Shown one piece after another: positions 20,027 to 30,442 of a stretch of DNA of 64,000 nucleotides. A program made the position numbers and the translations under genes. The notes under the pieces are model-generated. The model ran no database searches and was not told the origin of the DNA. It saw only the letters and a program-made list of their open reading frames with translations. The stretch spans positions 3,530 through 67,529 of the forward strand of contig JAAYOM010000018.1 in the NCBI GenBank assembly GCA_012520315.1, given 5' to 3'. Source of the DNA: Bacillota bacterium. Lineage in GTDB: Bacteria > Bacillota > Limnochordia > Darwinibacteriales > Darwinibacteriaceae. Every line of letters begins with the position of its first letter. The stretch's first letter is position 1.

Positions 20027-20386
20027 CTAACTGGTTTGTTGCGCCTTAAGCAGCTTCTCTTCCATGGCAGCTAAATGGATCTGGCAGTTCTCGCTGTCCC
20101 GGCGGCACAACTCGACGAGTTCAAGCAGCTCTTGGTATAACTCTTGCCGCCTAGTGTGCTTTTCTACTAAGCCAAGCTTACTTTCCAGCTCTTCGAGGAT
20201 GGTTCCCGTCCGCTTTAAAATGTCATGAACCGCCTGTCGTGATACCTCCAGCTCCTCGCCGACCTCGCCGAGTGACAGGTCTTCATGAAAGTACATGTCG
20301 AAAACGTCCTGCTGACGCCTGGTGAGCAGAGGGCCATAGAAGTCAAACAGTAAAGCCATGCGCAGTGTGTTATCCATTACATCCAC
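20027..20386 (-). CDS. ylxM: UPF0122 putative DNA-binding protein YlxM
   Basis: 119 aa with sigma-70 region-4-like HTH; conserved immediately upstream of ffh. Confidence 0.85.
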   Translation of the reverse strand: MDVMDNTLRMALLFDFYGPLLTRRQQDVFDMYFHEDLSLGEVGEELEVSRQAVHDILKRTGTILEELESKLGLVEKHTRRQELYQELLELVELCRRDSENCQIHLAAMEEKLLKAQQTS

Positions 20387-20431
20387 CTGTTAAGCATTTT
20401 TACTTTACACTACCATAGTATAGCCAGTGAT

Positions 20432-21412
20432 TTAGTCGTTGTCAAGCATTTTCTCTTGACGTCCAAAAAGCGCGGCGGCAAAGGTGTTTGCCTCGAAATC
20501 CTGCAGATCCTCATACTGTTCGCCTACCCCCACCAACTTCACTGCCAGCTCCAGCTCGTTGGCCAGGGCCAGTACAATTCCGCCCTTCGCTGTTCCATCG
20601 AGCTTAGTCAGGGCAATTCCCGTCAAAGGCACTGCCTCCTGGAAAATCTTAGCCTGGGACAGGGCATTTTGACCGGTGGTTGCATCCACGACAAGCAAAA
20701 TCTCATCCAAGTCACGACCCAGTTCCCGCTGAACGACGCGGTGAACCTTAGCCAGCTCACTCATGAGATTGACCTTGGTCTGCAGACGGCCTGCTGTATC
20801 TAAGATCAGTACATCTGTCTTTCTGGCCTTGGCGGCATTGACAGCATCATAGGCAACTGCCGCCGGGTCTGACCCTTCCTGGTGCTTAATCAGCTCAACG
20901 CCGATGCGGTTGGCCCATACCTCCAGCTGTTCGATGGCCCCTGCCCTGAAGGTGTCCCCTGCAGCCAGGAGAACTTTTGCTCCCTCCTGCTTGAAGCGGT
21001 AAGCCAGCTTGGCGATGGTGGTAGTCTTGCCTGCTCCATTCACCCCGACGACCATCAGCACATAGGGCCTCTCTTCCGGAGTCTTCAGCGCAGCCGCATT
21101 TTTTTGCAAGAGCTGAACAACTTCTTCTACAAGCACCGCTTTGAGCTGCTCTGCTTCTGTAATCTTTTCTGCTTTCGCCCGCTCCCTGAGCTGATCCACC
21201 AAGAAGAGGGAAGTCTCTACGCCGCAATCCGCTTGGATCAGCGCCTCCTCCAGCTCTTCAAAGAGCTCCTCGTCAACTTTGCGGCCAGTCATGATCTGTT
21301 CTACCTTATCGACAAAGCCCTGCTTGGTCTTCTCCAAACCGCTGACCAGCTTTTGAAAGAAGCCCCGTTCCGCTTTTTCCTCCTGTTCCTGTTTCTTCTC
21401 CGCTCCAAACAT
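20432..21412 (-). CDS. ftsY: Signal recognition particle receptor FtsY
   Basis: SRP GTPase NG domain (GVNGAGKTTT, DTAGR) with an acidic N-terminal region. Start trimmed to the internal Met to avoid overlap with the smc end. Confidence 0.9.
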   Translation of the reverse strand: MFGAEKKQEQEEKAERGFFQKLVSGLEKTKQGFVDKVEQIMTGRKVDEELFEELEEALIQADCGVETSLFLVDQLRERAKAEKITEAEQLKAVLVEEVVQLLQKNAAALKTPEERPYVLMVVGVNGAGKTTTIAKLAYRFKQEGAKVLLAAGDTFRAGAIEQLEVWANRIGVELIKHQEGSDPAAVAYDAVNAAKARKTDVLILDTAGRLQTKVNLMSELAKVHRVVQRELGRDLDEILLVVDATTGQNALSQAKIFQEAVPLTGIALTKLDGTAKGGIVLALANELELAVKLVGVGEQYEDLQDFEANTFAAALFGRQEKMLDND

Positions 21413-21440
21413 CCGCTTCCAAAACACTATGCCAGCCTCC

Positions 21441-24400
21441 TTACGTGATTGCAACCGATATAACCTGTGAAATGCCTTCTTCACCCATCGTGACACCGTA
21501 TAAAGTGTCAGCAGCCTCCATCGTGCGAGGCCTATGGGTGACTACCAAAAACTGTGTTTCCTGGGAAAAGTCCTCCATCAATTCCACAAAGCGCCCAAGA
21601 TTGCTCTCGTCGAGCGCTGCGTCAATTTCATCAAGAACACAAAAGGGGGTGGGCTGCACCCTGCGAATGGCAAATAGGAGAGCGATGGCAGTAAGGGCCC
21701 TCTCTCCCCCAGAGAGCACTAAGAGGTTTTGCAGTTTCTTGCCAGGCGGCCGGGCCATCACCTCAATGCCTGTGGTCAGAATCGACTCAGGATCTGTGAG
21801 CACCAGTTCCGCCTTGCCGCCCAAGAACAGCTGGTTGAAGATCCTGCCAAACTCGACCTGTACTTTTTTAAAGACATCCCAGAGCTTGGTGCGGCACAGT
21901 TTATCCATCTCATTGATCACATCCTGCAGACTTTCCCTGGCATCATTGAGATCGTCCAGCTGAATCTGGAGAAACCTGACCCGTTCCAACACTCGCTCAT
22001 ACTCTTCGGTCGCCCCAGGGTTAACTGGACCTAGATCCCGCATCTGACTGCGCAGTTCTCCAATCATGCGCTTGAGAGTGCTCTCTTTAACACTTACTTC
22101 CCTAGCCAGAATGTCTTCTAAAGCAAGCTCCCGCTCCCCAAGGGCTGATAGGATCTGCTCACGCTCTCGCCCTAACTGCTCCTGCTCCACTTCGCTTTTG
22201 TACAAAGCACGTTCCCGCTTCAGTTGTTCCTTTTCGATCTGGATCAGTTCTGTTCCGAGCCTGCTCTGCTCTTTTTGCACTTCCTGCCTTTTCTGCTTTT
22301 TCTCCCCTAAGACAGTCACGAGTTCAGCCTGCTTAACCTTCCGCTCTTCGTTGGCCGCGGCAGCGTCCACTATAGCTTGTTCATTTTTCAGTTTTTCTTC
22401 CGAGATTGTCTCCAGTTCCGCCCTGGCTTCATTTCTGGCCTGAAGAGCAGACGACTTTTTGTGCTCCAGATTTGCCAGGAGAATCCGCTGATTCTCCAGC
22501 ACACCCTTAAGCTCTGCCAGCTGGACTTGCTTGGCCGTTTCTTCCCTAGCTGTTTCTTCGGCAGCTGCCGTCAGTTCGTCCAGCCGCCCCTCCGCCTGGC
22601 TAATCTGCTCCCGGCGCTCCTGTTCTTCTTGCTCGAGCTGGGTAACCTGGGCAGCAGCCATTTCGCCTTCAGACGCCAAGTCACACAAGATCGCCTCCAG
22701 ATCCTGATTCTTTTCTTCCAGTTGAACCTGGCCGGCCTTGAGCATGCGTTCCTCGGCAAGAACCTGATCCAGTTCCTGCCTGACTCTTTGCTCTTCAAGT
22801 CTGGCGTCCATAGCCGCTGTCTGCAGCTTGGCCAACTCCTGCTCGTGAGCGGTTATAGCTTGAACTGCATCTTCTACGTTTGTTTCATGGACTTGCAGAC
22901 GCTCAGCTAGTTCTTGGGCCTCTTCTTCCAGCCTCGCAAGCTGCCCCTTCCGGGCAAGCAGACCCGAAGTGCGGCTTGCGAGGCTGCCTCCTGTCATCGC
23001 TCCGCTAGGAAAGACAACTGATCCATCCCTGGTGACTATTCGGCTGAATTGACGAAGCTCCCTTTTCAGAGCCAGGGCAGTATCCAAATCCTCTGTGATC
23101 ACAACGCGCCCTAAAAGTGAGGCCAGTGCCGGACGATATTGTTCGTCAAAGTCTAAGAGGTCTAAAGCAGATCCCAGAACGCCCTCCCGGTTCAGCAGCG
23201 CCCTGGCGTCCCTAGAAAACTCCCGGCCCTGCATCGAGGCCAAGGGCAGGATCGTTACCCGTCCGCCCCGAACCTGTTTCAGCCAGCCAATCAGTGTCTT
23301 GGCTTCCTCTTCTCCCCTGGTGATTAAATTTTGCAAGCTAGAACCGAGTGCAACTTCAAAGGCGGTCTCCAGGCCGGCCGGGACCATCACTGCATCTGCC
23401 ACTGTCCCTAAAGCCAGACGAGACATTCGCTTATCCTGCATAATCCGCCTCACGCCTTGGGCATAGCCCTCATAGCCCTCTTCCAGCTCCTGGAGGGTTT
23501 TCAGGCGTGACTTGACCTGGGCCAGCTCCCCTGCGCGGGAACGTGCCTCCTGCTGTTCCTGGACCAGACGTTTTTTTGCACTGTCTAACCTGCTTTGAAT
23601 TCCTTCTTCCCTTGCCGCAAGCTCTTGGAGATGTATGGCGAGCTTGTCTTGACTCTCCTGGAGCCTCTGCATTTTCTCTGCTGCTTCGGCCAGCTTGGAC
23701 TGTAAGAGTTCCAGCTCCCTTTGATTTGCTGCAATCTGCGCCTGCAGATTGCTTTCCCGTTCCGCAAAGCCCCGCTGGAAATTACGCCGTTCGGCCAACT
23801 CCCGCATAAAGTCAAAAAAATCATCCTTCAGCACATTCACTTTACTTTGAGTTTGCCGATGCTGTTCTTGCAGCTCCTGGGCTCTGCGGCGGGCTTCCGC
23901 TACTGTCCGTTCCTGGGCAGTAATCTGTTCCAAAAGCTCTTGAAAGTCCTGGTCCAGTCCCCCGGCCTCCCCTGCCAGAGCCTCCAATTCTTCCTCCCTG
24001 GCGCGGATTAAGCCCGTCAGCTGCTCGCTGCGGGCATCTAGACTGCGCAAACGTTCTTGGTGAAGTTCGATTGTATGTATGCCTTGATTAAAAGCTTCTC
24101 TTAGATCGGCAGATTCCTGCTGAATCAGCTCCAGCTGTTCCTCAAGGGAGGCAGCTTCCCGATCAAGCCTTTCCTTCTCTGCTTCCGCATCGCTTATTTG
24201 CGTATTATACTTCTCATACTCGGCTTGCAGGCTTTGGACGGTCTCTTTATTCTTAGCCAGTTTCTCCTCCAGGCGCTGCCATTGGTGATGGTAGTAATCC
24301 AATTCAGCTGTCTTGAGGCGTTCTGCCAAGTCTAAATAGCGGCGGGCCTGTTTGGCCTGTTCCTCTAAGGGGTCCAGCTGGTTTTCTAACTCATGGAGAA

Positions 24401-24980
24401 TATCTGTCACCCTCAGCAGGTCAACACTGGTTTCATCTAGCTTACGCAAAGCCTGCTCCTTACGCTGCCGATATTTGACAATCCCGGCAGTTTCCTCCAG
24501 TAAGATCCTGCGGTCTTCAGAGCGGACGCTCAGTACAGCATCTACTTGACCTTGTCCAATAATCGAATAGCCTTCACGACCGAGGCCTGTATCGGTAAAG
24601 AGGTCGTGAATGTCCCGCAGGCGGCAGGGTTGCTTATTGATCAAAAATTCGCTCTCACCGGAGCGATAGACACGCCTCGTAATGGTTACTTCTGCGTAGT
24701 CCAGAGGGAGGAATCCATCTGAGTTTTCCAAGGTCAGCTGAACTTCCGCCATGCCCAGCGGCCTTTTTCCTTCTGAACCGGCAAAAATGATATCCTCCAT
24801 TTTATAGCCACGCAAGCTCTTGGCGCTTTGTTCACCCATCACCCAGCGCAAGGCATCAGAAATATTGCTTTTGCCGCTCCCGTTCGGTCCCACAATGGCG
24901 GTGATGCCCGGACCGAATTCCAGACAGACAGGGCGCGCAAAAGATTTAAATCCTTGTATTTCCAGGCGCTTGAGCCGCAT
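21441..24980 (-). CDS. smc: Chromosome partition protein Smc
   Basis: 1179 aa with N-terminal Walker A (GPNGSGKSN), long coiled coils, a hinge, and a C-terminal signature LSGGE plus Walker B. Confidence 0.95.
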   Translation of the reverse strand: MRLKRLEIQGFKSFARPVCLEFGPGITAIVGPNGSGKSNISDALRWVMGEQSAKSLRGYKMEDIIFAGSEGKRPLGMAEVQLTLENSDGFLPLDYAEVTITRRVYRSGESEFLINKQPCRLRDIHDLFTDTGLGREGYSIIGQGQVDAVLSVRSEDRRILLEETAGIVKYRQRKEQALRKLDETSVDLLRVTDILHELENQLDPLEEQAKQARRYLDLAERLKTAELDYYHHQWQRLEEKLAKNKETVQSLQAEYEKYNTQISDAEAEKERLDREAASLEEQLELIQQESADLREAFNQGIHTIELHQERLRSLDARSEQLTGLIRAREEELEALAGEAGGLDQDFQELLEQITAQERTVAEARRRAQELQEQHRQTQSKVNVLKDDFFDFMRELAERRNFQRGFAERESNLQAQIAANQRELELLQSKLAEAAEKMQRLQESQDKLAIHLQELAAREEGIQSRLDSAKKRLVQEQQEARSRAGELAQVKSRLKTLQELEEGYEGYAQGVRRIMQDKRMSRLALGTVADAVMVPAGLETAFEVALGSSLQNLITRGEEEAKTLIGWLKQVRGGRVTILPLASMQGREFSRDARALLNREGVLGSALDLLDFDEQYRPALASLLGRVVITEDLDTALALKRELRQFSRIVTRDGSVVFPSGAMTGGSLASRTSGLLARKGQLARLEEEAQELAERLQVHETNVEDAVQAITAHEQELAKLQTAAMDARLEEQRVRQELDQVLAEERMLKAGQVQLEEKNQDLEAILCDLASEGEMAAAQVTQLEQEEQERREQISQAEGRLDELTAAAEETAREETAKQVQLAELKGVLENQRILLANLEHKKSSALQARNEARAELETISEEKLKNEQAIVDAAAANEERKVKQAELVTVLGEKKQKRQEVQKEQSRLGTELIQIEKEQLKRERALYKSEVEQEQLGREREQILSALGERELALEDILAREVSVKESTLKRMIGELRSQMRDLGPVNPGATEEYERVLERVRFLQIQLDDLNDARESLQDVINEMDKLCRTKLWDVFKKVQVEFGRIFNQLFLGGKAELVLTDPESILTTGIEVMARPPGKKLQNLLVLSGGERALTAIALLFAIRRVQPTPFCVLDEIDAALDESNLGRFVELMEDFSQETQFLVVTHRPRTMEAADTLYGVTMGEEGISQVISVAIT

Positions 24981-25060
24981 AGTATTCCTCCAAAACTAGT
25001 ACTTACCCTGCTTATTGTACCACACCTTGGCGAAAAAAAGAACCGTAACCTCCGTCCCGC

Positions 25061-25747
25061 TTAAACCCTGGGAAGATTCAAATACAAGTCTTCACGCCTG
25101 CGAACTTCCGTGGGAACCTGGGGACTTAACAGGGATCCATGCTCATCAAGGAGACGCCTTAGCTTACTTTTTACTCTGGTTCTGGCATTATCAATCACCT
25201 TCAGGCCCACACCCATCTCTTCCTCAATTTCCCTGGCCGAATATCCTTCCAACAGCCTGATAATGACCGCGTATTCCAAAATGGAAAGGTGATTGCGGAG
25301 CACTTGGCCGATCGTCTCTCTGACATACTTTTCCTCCAATGCCCTTTCAGGATCAAATTCGGGGACTCCCGCGGCCACCAGATCCATCACCGAACGGGTA
25401 TCGTCTGAGCCCACCGGATTCTGCAGGGAAGTGGACTCATTCAGCAGGCGATGCTTGTTGCCGCTGGTTAGTTTAATTACATTGTAAATGCGCCGCACAA
25501 TGCAGATGTAGGCAAAAGAGCTGAATTTCACATCATATTCATCCGGCTTGTATTCTTCCATGGCGCTGAGCAAACCGATCAGCCCCTCCTGCAGCAAGTC
25601 TTCGAAGTCTAGGAAAGATGAATAGTAGTTTTTGATAATGTACTTAACCATGGGAATATACTTCAGGACCAGGCTGTCCCTGGCTCCCTCATCGCCCCTT
25701 CTCAGCTTCGCAATCAACTCCAGATCAATGGTCTGATTGTCCTTCAT
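25061..25747 (-). CDS. Sigma-70 family RNA polymerase sigma factor, SigH-like paralog
   Basis: Region 2 (FEDLLQEGLIGLLSAMEEY...KFSSFAYICIVRRIYNVIK) closely resembles B. subtilis SigH region 2 (KFSTFAELCITRQIITAIK); C-terminal region-4 HTH. It lies between rnc and smc, which is not the canonical sigH locus. Confidence 0.75.
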   Translation of the reverse strand: MKDNQTIDLELIAKLRRGDEGARDSLVLKYIPMVKYIIKNYYSSFLDFEDLLQEGLIGLLSAMEEYKPDEYDVKFSSFAYICIVRRIYNVIKLTSGNKHRLLNESTSLQNPVGSDDTRSVMDLVAAGVPEFDPERALEEKYVRETIGQVLRNHLSILEYAVIIRLLEGYSAREIEEEMGVGLKVIDNARTRVKSKLRRLLDEHGSLLSPQVPTEVRRREDLYLNLPRV

Positions 25748-25982
25748 AGCATAAGCCTCCTCCCCATGTAGTCCATGCCGTCTAGTCCATGTATATGCTT
25801 GGGTCAAATTACTATTCCTAGGGAGTAGGTTTGAGTAAAGAAGCTTTTGAAGTTAGTTGATTACCATAATTTATGTATTTTACACAAACCAGCCCAGCTA
25901 TTGGACACTTTCGACCATAGTTTATGTAAAGGTTTTTTGCTTTTTCCAACTGAATGTTCCTGGTAGAGATTGGACTGGGAGG

Positions 25983-26570
25983 ATGGGACTTGACTTGTCA
26001 GACACAAACTACTTAGAACAAATCGCAGCACTCATAAAACGTGATCCCAGCATTACGGTCAGGCGGATTGCCCAGGAACTGAAGTTCGCGGACAGCAAAT
26101 CTGTCTATTACTGGCTCGACAAAAGCAATATCAGCGGTATTAAAGAGTTTAAACGGATGGTCCTGGGCCACGAAGAGGCAGAGCCTAGCCCACCCTCCTT
26201 TGAGCTAGGGGGAAAGCGGCGCTTTGTGGTGCGACTGCCCTGCTTTGAGTGGGATCCCAAACAAAAAACCCCCGGGCAGGAATGGCACTATGTACATAGC
26301 CATCCCCGGCCAAGAGGTTTATTTGCCATACGTGTAGGCACTGACAGATACAGTCCCTGGTTTCTGCCAGATGACATTCTGATCATCTCAACTGCAAAAC
26401 GGAGCTCTTTCCCAGAGGGTTCCTGGGCGCTTCTGCAAAGCGACAGCGAATTCGCAATCGGCAAGGTGATTAACAAACAGATTGTTGATCCCGTGACCCT
26501 CAAGGCCCACGGTGCGAGCCTGATTGGTGCCGGAACTATAATCTATCAGCAGCGCTCCTTTTCCCCCTGA
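25983..26570 (+). CDS. HTH-domain protein with a putative S24/LexA-like C-terminal domain, hypothetical
   Basis: N-terminal winged-helix/HTH (IAALIKRDPSITVRRIAQELKFADSKSVYYWL). The C-terminal half has the alternating beta-strand pattern of LexA/CI peptidase-fold domains (FAIRVGTDRYSPWFLPDDILII...FAIGKVINK). Divergent from the sigma factor gene; its 3' end overlaps the rnc 3' end by 25 nt. Confidence 0.4.
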   Translation: MGLDLSDTNYLEQIAALIKRDPSITVRRIAQELKFADSKSVYYWLDKSNISGIKEFKRMVLGHEEAEPSPPSFELGGKRRFVVRLPCFEWDPKQKTPGQEWHYVHSHPRPRGLFAIRVGTDRYSPWFLPDDILIISTAKRSSFPEGSWALLQSDSEFAIGKVINKQIVDPVTLKAHGASLIGAGTIIYQQRSFSP

Positions 26571-27259
26571 ATCCCCAGTCTGCCTAGGGCGGCCCGGGCT
26601 GCCTCCTGTTCTGCTTCTTTCTTGCTGCGGCCTGTTCCCCGGCCTAAATACTGTTCTTCAAACCAGACTTCCACTACGAAACTTTTGTCATGATCGGGCC
26701 CCTGTTCCTGCACAAGGGTGTAGACAGGCGGTTTTTTCGCGATCTGCTGATAATGTTCCTGCAGTGTGGATTTGGCATCGATCAACGCAATTTGCTGCCC
26801 ATCCCAGTCGGGAAGATGGCGCAAGATCACGCGCTCGGCCTCAGCAAAACCCCCATCGAGATAAACTGCTCCGTAGACTGCTTCCAGCACATCGCACAGC
26901 AGCGAATCCCGCTCTTGCGCCTGGGAACGCTGCTCTCCTTTACCTACCAGGAGAAAATGATTAAGCTCCAGTTCCCGTGCTATTTCCGCTAAAGTAGACT
27001 CCCGCACCAGAAGCGAACGGATTTTCGCCAGCTCGCCCTCGGGCAGCTTAGGATGCTTGCGGTAGAGGTAGGTGCTTACAGTCAGCTGCAGGACAGCGTC
27101 GCCCAAGAACTCAAGACGTTCATTGTTGTTCTGGGGCTGATGTCCTAAGGAACGATGGGTCAAAGCCAGCTGCAAGTAGTCAAGATCGCGGAAAGCATAG
27201 CCGAGATTCTGCTGCAGGCGGTCTAAGTCTCCGTACTGATTCCCCATTATCCTTCCCAC
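26546..27259 (-). CDS. rnc: Ribonuclease III
   Basis: RNase III signature [11 protein letters not shown] plus a C-terminal dsRBD. Confidence 0.95.
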   Translation of the reverse strand: MGRIMGNQYGDLDRLQQNLGYAFRDLDYLQLALTHRSLGHQPQNNNERLEFLGDAVLQLTVSTYLYRKHPKLPEGELAKIRSLLVRESTLAEIARELELNHFLLVGKGEQRSQAQERDSLLCDVLEAVYGAVYLDGGFAEAERVILRHLPDWDGQQIALIDAKSTLQEHYQQIAKKPPVYTLVQEQGPDHDKSFVVEVWFEEQYLGRGTGRSKKEAEQEAARAALGRLGIQGEKERC

Positions 27260-28482
27260 CTTCTGAGAGCCAATGCGGCATTATGCCCGCCAAAGCCAAA
27301 GGAGTTCGACAGGGCTGTCCTAAACTGTCCCGGCCTGGATTGATTGGGTACATAGTCCAAATCACAATCAGGGTCTGCTTCTTCATAATTGTAAGTTCCG
27401 GGTATCACCTGTTCAGAAAGGGCCAGAAGGCAGACGGCTGCCTCAACCGCCCCTGCTGCTCCGAGCATATGGCCTGTCAATGACTTTGTGGAACTAACAG
27501 CAAGTTTATAGGCATGCTCACCGAAGACATGCTTGATCGCCAGCGTTTCATAAAGATCATTGTACTTGGTCGAAGTGCCGTGGGCATTGATATAATCTAC
27601 ATCGGCCGGCTTGAGGCCTCCATCGGCCAACGCTTCCGCCATCGCCCGCTGGGCCCCCTCCCCTTCAGGGGCAGGACTAGTGATATGATAGGCATCTCCG
27701 CTTGCTCCATAGCCCACAATTTCGCCATAAATTCGGGCACCTCGCCTGAGGGCATGCTCCAAGCTTTCCAGTACGAGCACCCCCGCACCTTCACCCATCA
27801 CAAAGCCATCCCGGCCCTTGTCAAAGGGGCGTGATGCTTGCTCAGGCTGCTCATTTCTGGTTGAGAGGGCTTTGGCGGTGATAAACCCGGCCAAGCCCAA
27901 AGGACAGAGCGCGGCCTCTGCTCCCCCTGCCAGCATCACATCTGCCTGGCCCCTGGTTACAATGCGAAAAGCATCTCCTATGGAGTGGGTGCCAGTAGCA
28001 CAGGCCGTAACTGTACAGGAGTTAATGCCCTTGGCTCCGGTCTGGATAGCAATTTGCCCGCTGGCCATATCCGGAATCATCATAGGAACAAAAAAGGGGC
28101 TCACTCGGTCGGCGCCCTTTTCAATCAGCACTCTGCTCTGTTCCTGCAGCGTCTCAATACCGCCGATCCCGGAACCTACCAGAACACCCACACGGTTCGG
28201 ATCTGCAAAGGGCAGCTCAATTTGGGCATCCTCGAGGCTCATTTTAGCCGCAGCCACCGCAAACTGTGCAAAGCGATCCATTCTTCTCGCCTCTTTGCGG
28301 TCCATGTAGTCTGTCGGATCAAAGCCGCGCACTTCTCCCCCGATCTGAACAGCCAAATCAGAAGGGTCAAAACGTGTGATGCGGCCTATGCCTGAAACCC
28401 CTGTCAACAACCCTTGCCATAATTTATCTTTGTCTCCGAGCGGAGATATGATTCCAATTCCTGTGACCACTACGCGATTCAT
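27247..28482 (-). CDS. fabF: 3-oxoacyl-ACP synthase II
   Basis: KAS II with the Cys-His-His active-site context ([11 protein letters not shown]..., HGTSTKYND). Confidence 0.95.
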   Translation of the reverse strand: MNRVVVTGIGIISPLGDKDKLWQGLLTGVSGIGRITRFDPSDLAVQIGGEVRGFDPTDYMDRKEARRMDRFAQFAVAAAKMSLEDAQIELPFADPNRVGVLVGSGIGGIETLQEQSRVLIEKGADRVSPFFVPMMIPDMASGQIAIQTGAKGINSCTVTACATGTHSIGDAFRIVTRGQADVMLAGGAEAALCPLGLAGFITAKALSTRNEQPEQASRPFDKGRDGFVMGEGAGVLVLESLEHALRRGARIYGEIVGYGASGDAYHITSPAPEGEGAQRAMAEALADGGLKPADVDYINAHGTSTKYNDLYETLAIKHVFGEHAYKLAVSSTKSLTGHMLGAAGAVEAAVCLLALSEQVIPGTYNYEEADPDCDLDYVPNQSRPGQFRTALSNSFGFGGHNAALALRRWEG

Positions 28483-28537
28483 AACGGCCTCCCTAGATGA
28501 AAGCGGTCCCAAAGCATCCACTTTGGGACCTACGTTC

Positions 28538-28783
28538 TTACAATTGCTCTGTTATATATTCCACCGCATCACGTACAGTGGCGATTTTTACAGCTTCTTC
28601 ATCGCTGATTCTCAGGTCAAATTCCTCTTCGAGAGCCATCACAAGTTCCACTACATCGAGGGAATCTGCGCCTAAATCCTCCACAAAAGAGGAGTCAGGA
28701 GTCACTTCCCCATAGCTAATACCTAATTGCTCCACAACGATGGTTTTGACCTTTTCAAAGATTTTCTCGTCAAAGTCGCCCAT
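28538..28783 (-). CDS. acpP: Acyl carrier protein
   Basis: 81 aa with the phosphopantetheine attachment site [20 protein letters not shown]. Confidence 0.95.
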   Translation of the reverse strand: MGDFDEKIFEKVKTIVVEQLGISYGEVTPDSSFVEDLGADSLDVVELVMALEEEFDLRISDEEAVKIATVRDAVEYITEQL

Positions 28784-28815
28784 GCCATGTCACCTCCCTC
28801 TTATGGTAATCCTGT

Positions 28816-29538
28816 TTATATTACTAAGCCACCATCACAATGGATAGTTTGACCGGTAATATACTTGTTTTCTTCCGACACCAAAAAGTGCACCAGTGCG
28901 GCCACATCTTCCCCTTGGCCAGTTCGGCCCAGAGGAATCCTGCGCAGAATCTCAACCCTCTGTTCCTCGGTGAGGGCCTGGGTCATCTCAGTGTCAATAT
29001 AACCTGGGGCTACAACATTAACCAGGATATTGCGGCTAGCCACTTCTTTGGCCAGCGCCTTGCTAAAACCAATTACCCCAGCCTTGGAAGCAGCATAGTT
29101 GGTTTGTCCTGCATTGCCCACAACTCCGATGACAGACGAAATATTGACTATCTTCCCTTGCCGCCTCTTGAGCATAGATCGGACCGCTGCCCGGCAAACA
29201 TTAAACGCTCCCGTCAGGTTTGTGTCAATTACTCTTTGCCAGTCGGCATCGCTCATCCTGATCATCAGGCCGTCTTTGGTCATCCCGGCATTGTTGACTA
29301 AAACGTCAATCTGGCCGCAGCGATCGATGATTGTCTGAATAAGGGCCTCTATCTGGCGAACATCTGTCACGTCCGCTGCCAGAGCCAGCACGCCCTGATC
29401 ACGCCAGGCCTGAAGCAGGATTTCATCACGGCCTGTGACAACCAGTTCTGCGCCGGCATCCTTCAGGCGGTGTGCAATTGCCTGACCGATACCCCGGGTT
29501 GCCCCTGTGACAAGGGCCACTTTTCCAACCATATTCAT
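28816..29538 (-). CDS. fabG: 3-oxoacyl-ACP reductase
   Basis: SDR fold with TGATRGIGQAIA and the YAASKAG catalytic motif. Confidence 0.9.
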   Translation of the reverse strand: MNMVGKVALVTGATRGIGQAIAHRLKDAGAELVVTGRDEILLQAWRDQGVLALAADVTDVRQIEALIQTIIDRCGQIDVLVNNAGMTKDGLMIRMSDADWQRVIDTNLTGAFNVCRAAVRSMLKRRQGKIVNISSVIGVVGNAGQTNYAASKAGVIGFSKALAKEVASRNILVNVVAPGYIDTEMTQALTEEQRVEILRRIPLGRTGQGEDVAALVHFLVSEENKYITGQTIHCDGGLVI

Positions 29539-29539
29539 G

Positions 29540-30442
29540 CTACATTATACCTCCCTCGCTGACAAGAGTAAACTGAAGTTCGGGATCCACTCTCCGGGCT
29601 AAAGGAATCAATAAGTTGGACGGACTTACCTCGACAAATTCATTGATCCCAAGTGACCTAAGCCTTCGCACCTGGCCTGTAAAGCGCACTGGTCCTGTAA
29701 CTTGCTCGATCAGCTTACGTTTAATGTCGCTGATTTCTGTAAGCAGTGTCTCGCCGTCATTGCTTAAGACAGGAGTGTGACAGCGCTTCAAGCTGAGATT
29801 CTCTACCACCTCAGCAAACTCCCTGGCCACCGGTTCCATTAGCCTGGAGTGAAACGGGCCGGAAACATTAAGGCGAACTACTCTTTTGGCCCCCTGCTCC
29901 TGGGCGAGCTGGGAGAGGGCTTCCAATCCTGCCTCATCTCCGCTGACCACTGTCTGGACTGGAGAGTTTTCGTTGGCCACCTGCACATATCCGGTCTGGC
30001 CGGCCTTAGCGCAAAGTTCATGTACGTGCTCGGCCTTCAAGCCAAGGACAGCTGCCATGCCGCCTTTTGGCGCCTTGGCCATCAGCTCCCCCCTGGCCTG
30101 AGTCAGCTGCACCCCCTCTGCAAAGTCAAAGGCGCCGGCCGCCCCGAGGGCTGTAATTTCGCCCAAACTGTGGCCTAAGAAAACCTTCGGTGCAAAGTGT
30201 CCTTTCGCCAAATCCCATAGGGAATAGCAGGTGACAAAGATGGCAACCTGGGCATAAGAGGTGTCGTTTAGCTGCTCCTCCGGCCCTTCCAGACAGAGCC
30301 TGCCCAAGTCATAATCTAAGACCTTCCCCGCTTCCTCAAAAAAGCGCCAGGCCGAAGTAGCATAAACTTCTTTCGCCATGCCCGGTTTTTGGATACCCTG
30401 TCCGGGGAAGGCCGCAGCTGCGGCACTTTGCATCTTACCCAC
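29540..30442 (-). CDS. fabD: Malonyl CoA-ACP transacylase
   Basis: GHSLGE active-site motif. Confidence 0.9.
   Translation of the reverse strand: MGKMQSAAAAAFPGQGIQKPGMAKEVYATSAWRFFEEAGKVLDYDLGRLCLEGPEEQLNDTSYAQVAIFVTCYSLWDLAKGHFAPKVFLGHSLGEITALGAAGAFDFAEGVQLTQARGELMAKAPKGGMAAVLGLKAEHVHELCAKAGQTGYVQVANENSPVQTVVSGDEAGLEALSQLAQEQGAKRVVRLNVSGPFHSRLMEPVAREFAEVVENLSLKRCHTPVLSNDGETLLTEISDIKRKLIEQVTGPVRFTGQVRRLRSLGINEFVEVSPSNLLIPLARRVDPELQFTLVSEGGIM

Noticed and set aside
21445-24549. Multiple 60-180-aa plus-strand ORFs inside smc (for example 21445..21963, 22377..22910)
   Set aside because: They lie antisense within a well-supported 1179-aa SMC gene and have Ser/Arg/Leu-rich composition and no RBS. 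They are artefacts of the coiled-coil codon bias.
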